Source of the DNA: Bacteriovoracaceae bacterium
Lineage (GTDB): Bacteria > Bdellovibrionota > Bacteriovoracia > Bacteriovoracales > Bacteriovoracaceae
Length of the DNA stretch: 64,000 nt
Assembly: GCA_965217035.1 (NCBI GenBank)
Contig: OZ244226.1
Span: 2,462,146 to 2,526,145 of the forward strand
Reading direction: 5' to 3'
The translations under genes and the position numbers were made by a program. Positions within the stretch are counted from its first letter, which is position 1, and each line of letters opens with the position of its first letter. Below, piece after piece: positions 20,514-33,620 of this stretch. The notes under the pieces were generated by a model. That model made no database searches, was not told the DNA's origin, and saw only the letters and a program-made list of their open reading frames with translations.

Positions 20514-20539
20514 TCTAGATCAATCTAGTTTCTTAAATG

Positions 20540-20568
20540 AGGGGACCTTTTCGGTCCCCTTTTTTTTT
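20540..20568 (+). terminator. Rho-independent terminator
   Basis: aggggacc-ttttc-ggtcccct + T-run. Confidence 0.92.
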
Positions 20569-20594
20569 GCACTGAATCCCCTTAGAATTTAGGT

Positions 20595-21194
20595 ATGTTT
20601 GCACGTCTATTTTGGAAAGGCCTCGTTGTTATTCTACCGATCTCTATGTCGATCGCTTTGTTATTTTGGATCACAGTAAAAATAGAAGGTCTTCTCGGTG
20701 GTTTTTTGCAATCTGTTATTGGAGCTGATAATTATATTCCTGGTTTTGGGATTGTCGTCTCCTTTCTTTTGATCATTCTCACTGGTTCATTGGTTAGCAA
20801 TTATATTACTCGTCGTTTTATTCAATTCTTCCTTGATCAATTCGGAAGAATTCCATTTGTAAAAGCGATTTATGGACCATTGAAAGATCTAATGCAGCTT
20901 TTTGGGGATGAGAGTGCCAAAGAAAAAATGAAAAGAGTTGTTTGGGTTGAGTTTGATAGTCGTTCAGGAAAGAGATTGGGATTAGTGACTCGCGATACCT
21001 TTGATGATTTAGGATTAGAGGAAGAAACGGAAGATTATATTGCAGTCTATATTCCCCTTAGTTTTATGCTTGGAGGGTATACTATCTTAGTTCATAAAAG
21101 TAAGGTGACAGAGGCTGACTTTCCCGTTGATAAAGCACTTAAGCTGGCCATTACTGGCTGGGTTCACATCGACAATAAAAGTTCGGAAAAATAA
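20595..21194 (+). CDS. DUF502 membrane protein
   Basis: GLVVILP, two TMs, RIPFVKAIY, GLVT, VYIP pattern. Confidence 0.85.
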   Translation: MFARLFWKGLVVILPISMSIALLFWITVKIEGLLGGFLQSVIGADNYIPGFGIVVSFLLIILTGSLVSNYITRRFIQFFLDQFGRIPFVKAIYGPLKDLMQLFGDESAKEKMKRVVWVEFDSRSGKRLGLVTRDTFDDLGLEEETEDYIAVYIPLSFMLGGYTILVHKSKVTEADFPVDKALKLAITGWVHIDNKSSEK

Positions 21195-21214
21195 TTTAAA
21201 TTCAAAATCTGGTT

Positions 21215-21304
21215 ATCGGGAGTCAGGAAGCAGAGACAGGAGCCTGGCTCCAAGAATTACCTGACGCTTATGCCTGTTGCTGTCTCAGACTCCTGATTCT
21301 CGAT
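21215..21304 (+). other. Long imperfect inverted repeat / candidate structured RNA between convergent genes
   Basis: 14-bp stem 21215-21228/21291-21304, 7-bp stem 21233-21239/21280-21286, inner ggagc-ctg-gctcc hairpin. Confidence 0.55.
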
Positions 21305-21785
21305 TCCCGACTTTCGGAATATTAATTGAAACTAAATATAAGAAATCCAAACCGAGTTCACCTAAATCTTTTTGAATTTCATCAAGATAATTAAGGGGCT
21401 CAATTCCTAAAAAAGGCTGAGGCAATGGTAAAAAAAGTTCTTCGGCCCTAGCAAGGTGAACATGAGCTGGCTGGGGCTGATTAAGTTGAAATTTAACGCC
21501 GGCTGCTGCAAGCTTTATAAGCCCTTTGAGAAAGTCTGCTGTTTGTCCTTTTCGTCCTGCTAAGTTCCAAAGAACTTCCCAATACACATGAGCATCCCAG
21601 TAATGTCCATGATTAAAAAGATCAACTCCATAAAGATAAACTTCATGATTTGAAAAATTATCCTTAGTGAGAGCTTCACTCTCTATTTTATGACCTTTTA
21701 AATAACCATCTCCTTTTTCGGGATGCTGACCGTGGCCAGGAATGAATTTATAAGGTGGAAACGGTCTTTCTGTATAGCGCTTCAT
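21285..21785 (-). CDS. DUF309 family protein
   Basis: GVDLFNHGHYWDAHVYWEVLW and LKGLIKLAAA motifs; probable ATG 21785. Confidence 0.85.
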   Translation of the reverse strand: MKRYTERPFPPYKFIPGHGQHPEKGDGYLKGHKIESEALTKDNFSNHEVYLYGVDLFNHGHYWDAHVYWEVLWNLAGRKGQTADFLKGLIKLAAAGVKFQLNQPQPAHVHLARAEELFLPLPQPFLGIEPLNYLDEIQKDLGELGLDFLYLVSINIPKVGNRESGV

Positions 21786-21845
21786 GGGAATTACTCTACT
21801 CAATAGTTGTTTGGAATGCTAGGATAACCGAAAATTGGAGGAAAG

Positions 21846-23294
21846 ATGGGATTTCAAGTGACTCACGATCAAGCGCCCCAGGCCTTATGGAAACTTTTTT
21901 CAGATATTACGGATATTCCTAGACCGTCAAAAAAGGAAGAGAAAATCCGTGCGTGGATTATCAATCTAGCAAAAGAAAAGAATTTAGAATATCGCGAAGA
22001 TGCGATTGGGAATATTGCCATTACACTGCCTGCAAAAACAGGAAAAGAAAATTCTCCAAAGCTTGTGATTCAAAATCATATAGACATGGTCACAGATGCC
22101 ATCCCTGGCAAAGCAATTAATTTCGAAACTGATCCTATCGAGGCTTATGTTGATGGCGATTGGGTAAAAGCTAAGGGGACGACTCTTGGTGCTGATAATG
22201 GAATTGGTTGTGCTGCTGGACTTGCTTTAATTTTTGATGACTCTATTAACCACCCTGAGATTGATCTACTTTTTACTGTTGATGAAGAGACTGGACTCAC
22301 TGGAGCATTAAAACTTGATCCTAAGCTTGTGAGCGGAGATATTATTCTCAATCTTGATACTGAAGAGTGGGGGAGTCTTTATGTTGGTTGTGCAGGGGGA
22401 GCTGATTTTGATTTTAAAAGAAGTTTTAATGTTAAGGAAGCGAATGGAATTTGTTATCAACTTTCAGTGAAAGCATTTGCTGGAGGTCATTCGGGCGTTG
22501 ATATCCATAGATATAGGGCCAATGCGGCTAAATATCTTATTGAGCTCTTAAATCAAGTCGATGGAATTCAATTAGCTAGTTTTGAGTCAGGGAAAGCTCA
22601 TAATATTATTCCAAGAGATGCATCTGCGAAATTTTATACAAATGGTGATATCTCAAAGATCGCTTCAAGAATTGATCAAGTTTCAGATCATTGGAAAACT
22701 TTTCTTAGTAAAGAAGACCTAAAATTTGAAGTTGTTCTCGAAGAATCGAATGAAGATCCTAAGACCCTTAATGATCAAGATTCAAAATTACTTATGCATT
22801 TTTTGAATTTCTTTCCTCATGGAGTGAATTCTTTAGTTCGCGATGCCGAAGGTTCCGAACCTCTTGTTGGAACCAGTAATAATATGGCCGTGACAATCCT
22901 TAAGGATGGAGAGTTTTATCTTCTCACTTCGATGAGATTTTTCAATCGAAAAGAAGCTGTGAACTTAGAAGAAAGGTTTTGCTTACTTGGTGATTTTTGC
23001 GGAATGACGACAACAAAGAATTCAGAATATCCTAGCTGGAATCCAAATTTTAATTCAGACCTTTTGACAAAGGCTAAGACTGTTTACAAAGAGCTCTTTG
23101 GCAGTGAAGCTGAAGTAAAGGCGATTCATGCTGGACTTGAATGTGGAATTTTAATGGATCGGCTAGAGAACGACGTTCAAGCCTTAAGCTTTGGACCAAC
23201 GATTACGAATGCTCACTCGCCGGATGAAGGGGTTCATATTCCATCGGTGACTCATTTTTGGAACTACTATAAAACGTTATTAGAAAGTCTATAG
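21846..23294 (+). CDS. pepD: Aminoacyl-histidine dipeptidase (peptidase M20C)
   Basis: IPRPS, QNHIDMV, TTLGADNGIG, DEETGL, GGHSG, IHAGLECG, HSPDE. Confidence 0.93.
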   Translation: MGFQVTHDQAPQALWKLFSDITDIPRPSKKEEKIRAWIINLAKEKNLEYREDAIGNIAITLPAKTGKENSPKLVIQNHIDMVTDAIPGKAINFETDPIEAYVDGDWVKAKGTTLGADNGIGCAAGLALIFDDSINHPEIDLLFTVDEETGLTGALKLDPKLVSGDIILNLDTEEWGSLYVGCAGGADFDFKRSFNVKEANGICYQLSVKAFAGGHSGVDIHRYRANAAKYLIELLNQVDGIQLASFESGKAHNIIPRDASAKFYTNGDISKIASRIDQVSDHWKTFLSKEDLKFEVVLEESNEDPKTLNDQDSKLLMHFLNFFPHGVNSLVRDAEGSEPLVGTSNNMAVTILKDGEFYLLTSMRFFNRKEAVNLEERFCLLGDFCGMTTTKNSEYPSWNPNFNSDLLTKAKTVYKELFGSEAEVKAIHAGLECGILMDRLENDVQALSFGPTITNAHSPDEGVHIPSVTHFWNYYKTLLESL

Positions 23295-23306
23295 GAAGGG
23301 AAAGTT

Positions 23307-23660
23307 ATGATTGATTACGAAATTTATAAAATTATCCATTTGGTGATGATTGTTGTTCTTTTCAGTTCATTTGCAGTTCAGTGTTTCGCTGAAAAAAAGC
23401 AAAAAGTTCATTCTATTTTAGCAGGTGTCGCAAGTTTATTAATTCTCGTGAGTGGTATGGGCTTATTGGCCCGTCTTGGTATTTCTCATGGTGAAGGCTG
23501 GCCACTTTGGGCGAAGCTTAAGGTTTTTTTCTGGGCTTTTATCGCCTTTTTAACGCCTGTAGTGGTGAAAAGATTCCCTCAGCACAAAAAGAAGTGGTTT
23601 TGGTTTATTTTGGCTGATTTTGTCTTAGTTGCTTATATAATTATTTATAAACCTATGTAA
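23307..23660 (+). CDS. Four-TM membrane protein (SirB2-like)
   Basis: YKIIHL, LILVSG, WAKLK, four hydrophobic helices. Confidence 0.6.
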   Translation: MIDYEIYKIIHLVMIVVLFSSFAVQCFAEKKQKVHSILAGVASLLILVSGMGLLARLGISHGEGWPLWAKLKVFFWAFIAFLTPVVVKRFPQHKKKWFWFILADFVLVAYIIIYKPM

Positions 23661-23769
23661 TAAATAACAGGGCGCCTAGAGTTCATACGATAGATATAGA
23701 ATTTTCAGGTGTGGCTCAAAATTGGACTAAAATCTTGCATCCAATAGATCAATGCTCTACCATTTAAGT

Positions 23770-23997
23770 ATGGGATTAGGACGTTTACTGCTTTTTATCT
23801 ATGCTTTGGTCATTATTGTTGATTCTATTGTGAGTTATTTCCCAGAATTAGCAAACAGTCAGTTTTTTAAATTTAATAGAAAACTTGCTGACTTTTCTCT
23901 GAAGCCCGTGAGAAAAATGCTTTCTCCTGACTTGCCAGTGGACTTTTCTCCGGTGGTTGTACTGATTTTACTCTACGCGATCAAGGAACTTTGGTAA
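23770..23997 (+). CDS. YggT family membrane protein
   Basis: LKPVRKML...DFSPVVVL motif; probable ATG 23770. Confidence 0.85.
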   Translation: MGLGRLLLFIYALVIIVDSIVSYFPELANSQFFKFNRKLADFSLKPVRKMLSPDLPVDFSPVVVLILLYAIKELW

Positions 23998-24746
23998 TGG
24001 ATACAGATCAAAATTCACTCGAATTTCTTGTGGATCAAACCTTTCAAATGAATCAGGTTCAAACTCCTGAAGAGGTTGAACTCGTTCCCGAAATTCCAGC
24101 AAGTCCTGGAGTTCTTTATCTTATTGAAAAAGTTAAATATGTTACGCAGCTTAAGCTGAGTGAATCGCCGAATTTAAGAAAAGATTTTCAAGACCTTCTG
24201 AAGGCTGAGCATTCTATCGATAATCTAAATTTTTATGAAGTTGATACCTATGCAGATGCTCAATTTCTTTCAAAAGTTTTTGATAAATTTAAAGTAATGA
24301 AAAAGTCTCTAGAGCTCGACTCTCATGATTATAACCAAACTTGGTGGGGAGGAACTCTTAACACTGGTGAATTATTTCTTTCTTTCGGACGCCAGATTTA
24401 TAAAGATGTTGAAGAAAAGTTTGAACTTGGACCACTTGGAGACTCAGTTCTTGCGAAACATTACTTAGAACTTTTAGCGAAAAAAGTTGATGGACTTTCT
24501 ATTGAGGACAATGGATCTTTTCTCGCTTTAAAAATAAAGAATACAGACCTTGAAGCGAAACTAAAGGATTTTTTACTGGGGAGTAAAGACAAAGTTTCTT
24601 TGGAGTTTTCGAATGAAGATGCCAATGGACTTGACCGATTAGAATCGCTTTCAATTGAAAGGTATTTTTCTGAGCTTTCGCTTGTTAGGAATTTCTGGAC
24701 AGTTATCTATGACCAAGTAGGTGAGAAAAATCCAACACTTCACTGA
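23997..24746 (+). CDS. Hypothetical protein, possibly degenerate GIY-YIG-like N-terminus
   Basis: Coupled to yggT by TAATG; IPASPGVLYL...SPNLRK. Confidence 0.6.
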   Translation: MDTDQNSLEFLVDQTFQMNQVQTPEEVELVPEIPASPGVLYLIEKVKYVTQLKLSESPNLRKDFQDLLKAEHSIDNLNFYEVDTYADAQFLSKVFDKFKVMKKSLELDSHDYNQTWWGGTLNTGELFLSFGRQIYKDVEEKFELGPLGDSVLAKHYLELLAKKVDGLSIEDNGSFLALKIKNTDLEAKLKDFLLGSKDKVSLEFSNEDANGLDRLESLSIERYFSELSLVRNFWTVIYDQVGEKNPTLH

Positions 24747-24788
24747 AAAATTTCAACCAGCTCTTTTAGTCAGGTAAATTTGGCGATC

Positions 24789-24816
24789 TTGAAAATTAAA
24801 AATGTTTTGTTATGCT
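24789..24816 (+). promoter_or_regulatory. Sigma-70-type promoter with extended -10
   Basis: TTGAAA-N16-TATGCT with TGn extension, upstream of ftsB-like gene. Confidence 0.5.
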
Positions 24817-24846
24817 TAAATTTGAACCAATGTTGCAGGAGGCAAA

Positions 24847-25245
24847 GTGGCGATTTCTAGAAGAAGAGCGAGTCGAAGTTCTGTCGCGACACCTGCCACA
24901 ACTAAATTTATTGAGCCTCGCTATCGTCATATTCGAGTATCACTTTTCTCAGCTCGATCTAAATTCGATATTTTCTTGTTCATTGTCTTTCTCTTTTTTT
25001 GTGTCCGAATTGTTTTTATGAGCGGAGGTTATCTTGACCTTCTCGAAAAGAAGAATGAGGTGAAAGAAAAACAAAATGAGCTTTCATGGATTGAAAAAGA
25101 AAATACAACGATCCAAGGTGAAATAAAAAGCATCAAAAGTAGTTCTTCCTATCAAAGGAAACTTGCAAGAGAGCATCTTGGTGTTATCGGCCCCGACGAA
25201 TATTTAGTTCTATTTGCGTCAGATCTGGCGAAGACGTCCAAATAA
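24847..25245 (+). CDS. Septum formation initiator family protein (FtsB/DivIC-like)
   Basis: SD AGGAGG, GTG start, single TM, coiled coil, LAREHLGVIGPDE. Confidence 0.8.
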   Translation: MAISRRRASRSSVATPATTKFIEPRYRHIRVSLFSARSKFDIFLFIVFLFFCVRIVFMSGGYLDLLEKKNEVKEKQNELSWIEKENTTIQGEIKSIKSSSSYQRKLAREHLGVIGPDEYLVLFASDLAKTSK

Positions 25246-25816
25246 GCTTCGATCCTGAAACGATTTGTTTTGACAGAGAAGAGTGTTTTAACTCGAGAAC
25301 ATGCCAGCATTTATAGGTATTCGTTCTGTAAATGGCCGGTGGTTCTGACATTCCAGGATGGTGTGGGACATTTCTCTCAACATTGGCCACGCGAAGATCT
25401 TTATTAAGAAAGAAGATATCGAGATTAAAATAAGTATTGGGCATCCAGAAACTTCTTGGTTGATAATTGGTATTAAAAAAGAGCATTCCTTCATCATCCG
25501 AAAACTCTTTGGCGCGAACTCCACTCAGTCCTTGGGATTGGTTGCGGTCACTCAGGGCTAAATAAATTTTAATTCGTTGTCCACTAGGAGTTTGGATATA
25601 CCCTTTTTGAAGACCGTTTAAATGAGAATTTTTAGATTTAAACTCTGCTTTTTTGAGCATGATATCTGACTGAGCTGGCTTTTGAGTTCGTCGGGGAGTT
25701 TTAAGGATGACATCATTGCTAAGATTGCCTTTTTCGTCTTTAGCACCAACTTGGGAGCAGGATAGAGTTATTAGAATAAAGACCAGAAAGCTTTGAAATA
25801 GTGCTGAATAAAACAT
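25184..25816 (-). CDS. DUF192 family lipoprotein
   Basis: QGLSG, GMLF, FWMPNTYFNLDIFF, VLEL; lipobox-like TLSC. Confidence 0.85.
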   Translation of the reverse strand: MFYSALFQSFLVFILITLSCSQVGAKDEKGNLSNDVILKTPRRTQKPAQSDIMLKKAEFKSKNSHLNGLQKGYIQTPSGQRIKIYLALSDRNQSQGLSGVRAKEFSDDEGMLFFNTNYQPRSFWMPNTYFNLDIFFLNKDLRVANVERNVPHHPGMSEPPAIYRTNTYKCWHVLELKHSSLSKQIVSGSKLIWTSSPDLTQIELNIRRGR

Positions 25817-25874
25817 AAAATCACCTTTGTTAATTTAAGATATTAGCATAGTTATAAATCCTAAGGGCAAAAAT

Positions 25875-27641
25875 ATGACTCCAGTAATAAACAAAAATAA
25901 CCTATTAAAAACTCATCATTGTGGAGTTTTAAGAGGTGATGATGCCGGTTCTGAGGTTGTGCTTAGTGGATGGGTTAATAAGTATCGAAACCTTGGAAGC
26001 CTCCATTTTATTACACTTCGAGATAAATATGGTCTTATCCAACTGGGTTTTGAAAATTACAAAGGAAATGCAGAGGATCTTAGAGAGTTATCGCTAGAGT
26101 CTGTTGTGCAAGTTAAAGGAAAGGTTCAGAAGCGTCCTGATGATGCCATCAATAAAGATATGGCAACAGGAGAAATTGAGGTTCAAGTTGAGGAACTTAA
26201 TATTCTCTCTAAAGCCGATACTGTTCCGTTTCTTCCTCATGGAAAGACGGAAGCAACTGAAGATCTTCGGTTAAAATACCGTTATCTCGATATTCGTTCA
26301 GAAAAGTTACAAAACTTTATTAGGTTACGATCAGAGACAACAAGAAAGGTGAGAACTGTTCTTTATAGAGAGGAATTTACAGAAGTTGAAACTCCGATTC
26401 TTTATAAAACGACTCCTGAAGGAGCACGGGATTACCTCGTTCCTAGTCGGGTTCATCCCGGAAAAACTTACGCACTCCCACAATCACCGCAAACATTGAA
26501 GCAACTGCTAATGATTGGAAATACCGATCGTTATTTTCAAATTTGTAAGTGCTTTCGAGATGAAGATTTAAGGGCCGATAGGCAACCTGAGTTTACTCAA
26601 ATTGATATTGAGGTGAGTTTCTCAACTTCAGCTTATATGAAGGAACTTGCGACCAAGATTGTAAGAGAAACATTTGGTTTTGAAGAGAATTTTGAAGTAC
26701 CTGTCATGAGTTTTGATGAGGCCATGAGAGATTATGGTTCGGATAAACCAGACATTCGTTTTGATTTAAAGCACATGATCGTTACGGATCTTTTTAAAGA
26801 TTCTGAGTTTAAAACCTTCTCTTCTGTTTCCAACGGAGAAGGAATGATTAAAGCAATCTTCGTTTCTAAAGAGGACGGAGAGTTTGCGAGAAAAGCAATT
26901 GATGGATTCACTGAAGTCGTGAAGCCTCATGGTGGAAAAGGAGTTGCTTGGTTTAAAAGAGAAGGGGAGAACCTCTCGGGAGGGATTTCGAAATTTATCA
27001 CTTCTGAAGTTTTAAAGTCACTGCCTCTACAAGGAAATGGACTTTGGCTTTTTATTGCGGATCCAAGTGAAACGAAAGTTCATGCATCTGCTGATGCTTT
27101 AAGACGTCATATAGCGACGAAGTTGAATCTTTTCGAAAAGAGCTATAAATTCTTATGGATTAATGACTTTCCGCTTTTTGAGTATGATGAAGAGGACAAG
27201 CGGCTCTATGCTCGTCACCATCCATTCACCTCTCCTAAGAAGGAAGAAATGGAACAATTTCTTAAAGGGGACTTTGAAGCGGCAAAAGACTTAAAAGCAG
27301 AAGCTTACGACCTTGTTTGTAATGGCTATGAATTAGGTGGTGGGTCGATGAGGATTTATGATCAGCAAGTTCAAAAACAAATGTTTCAATATCTAGGAAT
27401 GAGTGAAGAAGAGGTTAAGCATCAATTTGGGTTCTTTGTTGAGGCACTCACTTATGGAACCCCTCCTCACGGAGGAATCGCCTTTGGTCTTGATCGATTG
27501 AATATGTTAATTGGTGGAACTGATAATATTCGAGATGTGATTGCATTTCCGAAAACGACATCAGCGACGGACTTGATGGCGAGTGCTCCATCAAAACCGA
27601 ATCCCGCTCAGTTGAAAGAACTTAAAATAAAATTTGAATAG
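25875..27641 (+). CDS. aspS: Aspartate--tRNA ligase
   Basis: OB domain, RLKYRYLDIR, TPEGARDY, LPQSPQ, FRDEDLRADRQPEFTQ, PPHGGIAFGLDR. Confidence 0.98.
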   Translation: MTPVINKNNLLKTHHCGVLRGDDAGSEVVLSGWVNKYRNLGSLHFITLRDKYGLIQLGFENYKGNAEDLRELSLESVVQVKGKVQKRPDDAINKDMATGEIEVQVEELNILSKADTVPFLPHGKTEATEDLRLKYRYLDIRSEKLQNFIRLRSETTRKVRTVLYREEFTEVETPILYKTTPEGARDYLVPSRVHPGKTYALPQSPQTLKQLLMIGNTDRYFQICKCFRDEDLRADRQPEFTQIDIEVSFSTSAYMKELATKIVRETFGFEENFEVPVMSFDEAMRDYGSDKPDIRFDLKHMIVTDLFKDSEFKTFSSVSNGEGMIKAIFVSKEDGEFARKAIDGFTEVVKPHGGKGVAWFKREGENLSGGISKFITSEVLKSLPLQGNGLWLFIADPSETKVHASADALRRHIATKLNLFEKSYKFLWINDFPLFEYDEEDKRLYARHHPFTSPKKEEMEQFLKGDFEAAKDLKAEAYDLVCNGYELGGGSMRIYDQQVQKQMFQYLGMSEEEVKHQFGFFVEALTYGTPPHGGIAFGLDRLNMLIGGTDNIRDVIAFPKTTSATDLMASAPSKPNPAQLKELKIKFE

Positions 27642-27652
27642 AGGAGGAGTTC

Positions 27653-30978
<3,326 letters not shown>

Positions 30979-31257
30979 AGAGTAAGATTATTGTTCAAAG
31001 AAGCTTTTCATAGCTGGGTAGTCTCTGCTCTTCTCTGAGTATAGATTAATAGATACTCATGTATTTTTTCGGACTATTCACTCGGCGCCAATCCTACTGC
31101 CATCGCAAGCTTTCTCAACCGGTGAGTCCTAGCTCAGAGATTTTCATGCGCTCACAGACTATGGGCAACTCAATTTGGCAGGGTCTCATCAAAGAAATAA
31201 AAATTACTCAAGAATAATTCATTAATAGAGTAAACAATTAACAGTTAATGGTTATTT

Positions 31258-31455
31258 TCATAATGCTTTATGGAAAGAGATTATCTCTTTATTTTTGTAC
31301 TTATGAATAATTTCTTTATTGTATTCAGAGTTTTCTTTAATCACTTTTACAAACTTCTGAGGTCCAAGTTTTATAAACACGTCACAAGGAAGTTTATCGT
31401 GATTGATGAACTTGTTGTATATACTTATAAACAGCCATAAATTATAGTTTAACAC
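31258..31455 (-). pseudogene. Probable gene fragment (signalling-protein-like domain) in an otherwise non-coding 530-bp gap
   Basis: PCDVFIKLGPQKFVKVI...IHKYKNK looks protein-like, but has no good start and flanking frames are broken. Confidence 0.35.
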
Positions 31456-31510
31456 TATTTTGAAAACCTTTAAGTTAAGTTTCGATGGAGTTAGGCAAGT
31501 TTCGGTTGGG

Positions 31511-31909
31511 CTAAAACCTCAGCTTTCTAGGAATATGCACCAGTTTTACCGCATCTGGTAATGGGTGAATGAAGAGTTCAACTCTTTGTTTAGCGGCCTT
31601 AGAAAGATAAGTATTTAAAAGCTTCGAAGTCTTAATTGAAAGACCTTCAAAACAAAGTTCTGTCTCGGGTCTGGTTGCTGCGACTTTGATCATCATTTTT
31701 TGTTCTGTTGTTATAACATCAATGAGGTCAGTTCTGTTTCCTTCTGAAGTGTAAACAGGCTTGGCAAGCCTAACTGTTAAGGTATTTCTTGAAGGATTGT
31801 ATTCGTGATTTTTAATAGCTGAACAAAAATGATTTGCAGCTTTGGCATTGCTTATAAAGATGAGACTCCAAATACCTAGCACAATAAGACTTAACGCTTT
31901 TTTGAGCAC
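31511..31909 (-). CDS. Secreted hypothetical protein
   Basis: GTG 31909 with GAGGGG SD gives signal peptide ending AKA. Confidence 0.7.
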   Translation of the reverse strand: MLKKALSLIVLGIWSLIFISNAKAANHFCSAIKNHEYNPSRNTLTVRLAKPVYTSEGNRTDLIDVITTEQKMMIKVAATRPETELCFEGLSIKTSKLLNTYLSKAAKQRVELFIHPLPDAVKLVHIPRKLRF

Positions 31910-32076
31910 AGACTTTCCCCTTGTTAAAAATATATTTCTTGTTTTTGGAGAAAGGTCCTCAATCCTTAGAGATACACTTTTTCCCAACAAGAAAAGCACG
32001 CGCCATTCATACCACTTTTATGCTCCAAGTCAAAGGAAGACTGTTCCTTATCTTAAAAGTGTGTAAAACTTACGGA

Positions 32077-32847
32077 ATGTTTCGGCTTACCCTTCTTATT
32101 TTGATTTCATCATTTCAAACTTATGCCTCGAATTTTGATCTTTCAGTAGGTTTTCAAGGGCGTTCATTCCCAGGAGGGGGAGCTATTGCCCAAGCTGAAA
32201 TGGGTTACAATCAGCTTCTCTGGGACAAAAGAACTGATAGCAAAAAAGATATGTGGAAATTTGGGCTACTCCGGCCTTATATCTTTGGCGGCTCTTCAAT
32301 CGTTATTAATCAATTTGAAGCTGGTGTTGATCTTTACCCTATATCCATTCTTAGCTTTGGAGTTGGAAGACGTTACGATAGGTCAGACTTTGATTTTGGC
32401 TTTTTTGATTGTGATAATCGTGTTGCTTGCCAGAATAGTTATGAAAGAAACTTTATTCGCGCCAAGCTTGTTTTTGCCTTAAAGGGCTGGGTAATGTTTC
32501 ATATTTGGCGGAAAGAAAATATAACAGCTGATTCGAAGTTATTTAGGATAGGTGAATATATGACTGTCATTGAGGGGGCTCCAGGGCGGGATCAACTCAC
32601 GACACTTCAAAGTCTTCTAGGATATCAAAGTGACAAGAAGATTTCTGGATTTCTCTTGTTACATTCAGAAATGGAGCGCACGAATCAATATTCGAATGGC
32701 TTTTTTGCAGTTCATCAACGTCCTATTTGGAGAAACTGGAATCTTATGATGGGAGTTGGTCCCTTTCAAAGTAGTGTTCAAGGGAAGGGTGCTAAAATTC
32801 TTTTTCAGTTAAGAAGAAATCTTTGGAAAGGTCCTAAACTGCTTTAA
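32077..32847 (+). CDS. Secreted hypothetical protein, probable outer-membrane beta-barrel
   Basis: ATG 32077 signal peptide ending TYA; alternating aromatic/Gly beta-strand pattern. Confidence 0.65.
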   Translation: MFRLTLLILISSFQTYASNFDLSVGFQGRSFPGGGAIAQAEMGYNQLLWDKRTDSKKDMWKFGLLRPYIFGGSSIVINQFEAGVDLYPISILSFGVGRRYDRSDFDFGFFDCDNRVACQNSYERNFIRAKLVFALKGWVMFHIWRKENITADSKLFRIGEYMTVIEGAPGRDQLTTLQSLLGYQSDKKISGFLLLHSEMERTNQYSNGFFAVHQRPIWRNWNLMMGVGPFQSSVQGKGAKILFQLRRNLWKGPKLL

Positions 32848-33524
32848 AGTTTTAGATTGCAGTCATTAAGAACAAGCTTTGTCTTCGGATAAGAATAAGT
32901 GAAATTGATAATCTCTCGACCATCTATAATAGCAACACTTCTGGAAATCGAACCATTATTTCCGATGACGACTTGTTTTGAATGGAAGTCAAACTGATCA
33001 TAAGCAAAAATAATTTCTTTGAATTTTCCAATAGCAGCGAGATCTCTGATCTTACTATTTTGGAAAGCTAGAGTTATTTTCTTTTTGAAACTTGAAATAT
33101 TTGTATTATAGGCTTTGCTATAACAATGAAGGTTCTGAACTTTACTTCCTTTACAGTTTTCATTGAAACCTTCTTTTTGGAACTTAAAGCTCAGTCCTTC
33201 CATTAAAAAAGCTTTTTTTCCTTTTTTAATAATAATAACCTCTGGAAAAAAATTATTTTCTGCATAATCAAGGTTTGTCGTTGTCAGATGATCAGCCAGA
33301 ATATAATCAGCTGATTCATCATAGATATTGTAAGTTTTATGCTTTCCAAAAACGTTATTAGAATCTTTAATTTTTAAAACTCCATTATTGATTGAAATTT
33401 CCACTCCACTATGGTTACAAGATCTTGGTTTGGTTTCATTTATTTTTTGAATTTCACTGAGGACATTTTCATCAAATGAATAAGAATTAAAACTAAGAAT
33501 TAATAGTGAAATTAAAAAACGCAT
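32844..33524 (-). CDS. Secreted hypothetical protein
   Basis: Signal peptide MRFLISLLILSFNSYS, four Cys. Confidence 0.7.
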   Translation of the reverse strand: MRFLISLLILSFNSYSFDENVLSEIQKINETKPRSCNHSGVEISINNGVLKIKDSNNVFGKHKTYNIYDESADYILADHLTTTNLDYAENNFFPEVIIIKKGKKAFLMEGLSFKFQKEGFNENCKGSKVQNLHCYSKAYNTNISSFKKKITLAFQNSKIRDLAAIGKFKEIIFAYDQFDFHSKQVVIGNNGSISRSVAIIDGREIINFTYSYPKTKLVLNDCNLKL

Positions 33525-33543
33525 GGGAATCCTTTCTCATAAA

Positions 33544-33567
33544 AAAAGAGGGATTAATCCCTCTTTT
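33544..33567 (-). terminator. Rho-independent terminator after M4 peptidase
   Basis: aaaagaggga-ttaa-tccctctttt perfect hairpin flanked by A/T runs. Confidence 0.8.
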
Positions 33568-33620
33568 CTCATTTTATTAAATAGTCTGCTTTTTCTCTCT
33601 ATGGGCAGAATTTTCGCGGG

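Noticed and set aside
21244..21266. Minus-strand GTCAGGT-N-GAGCC resembling SRP RNA helix 8
   Set aside because: No GNRA tetraloop or AGCAG motif, and the G-U pairs of the flanking stem favour the + strand
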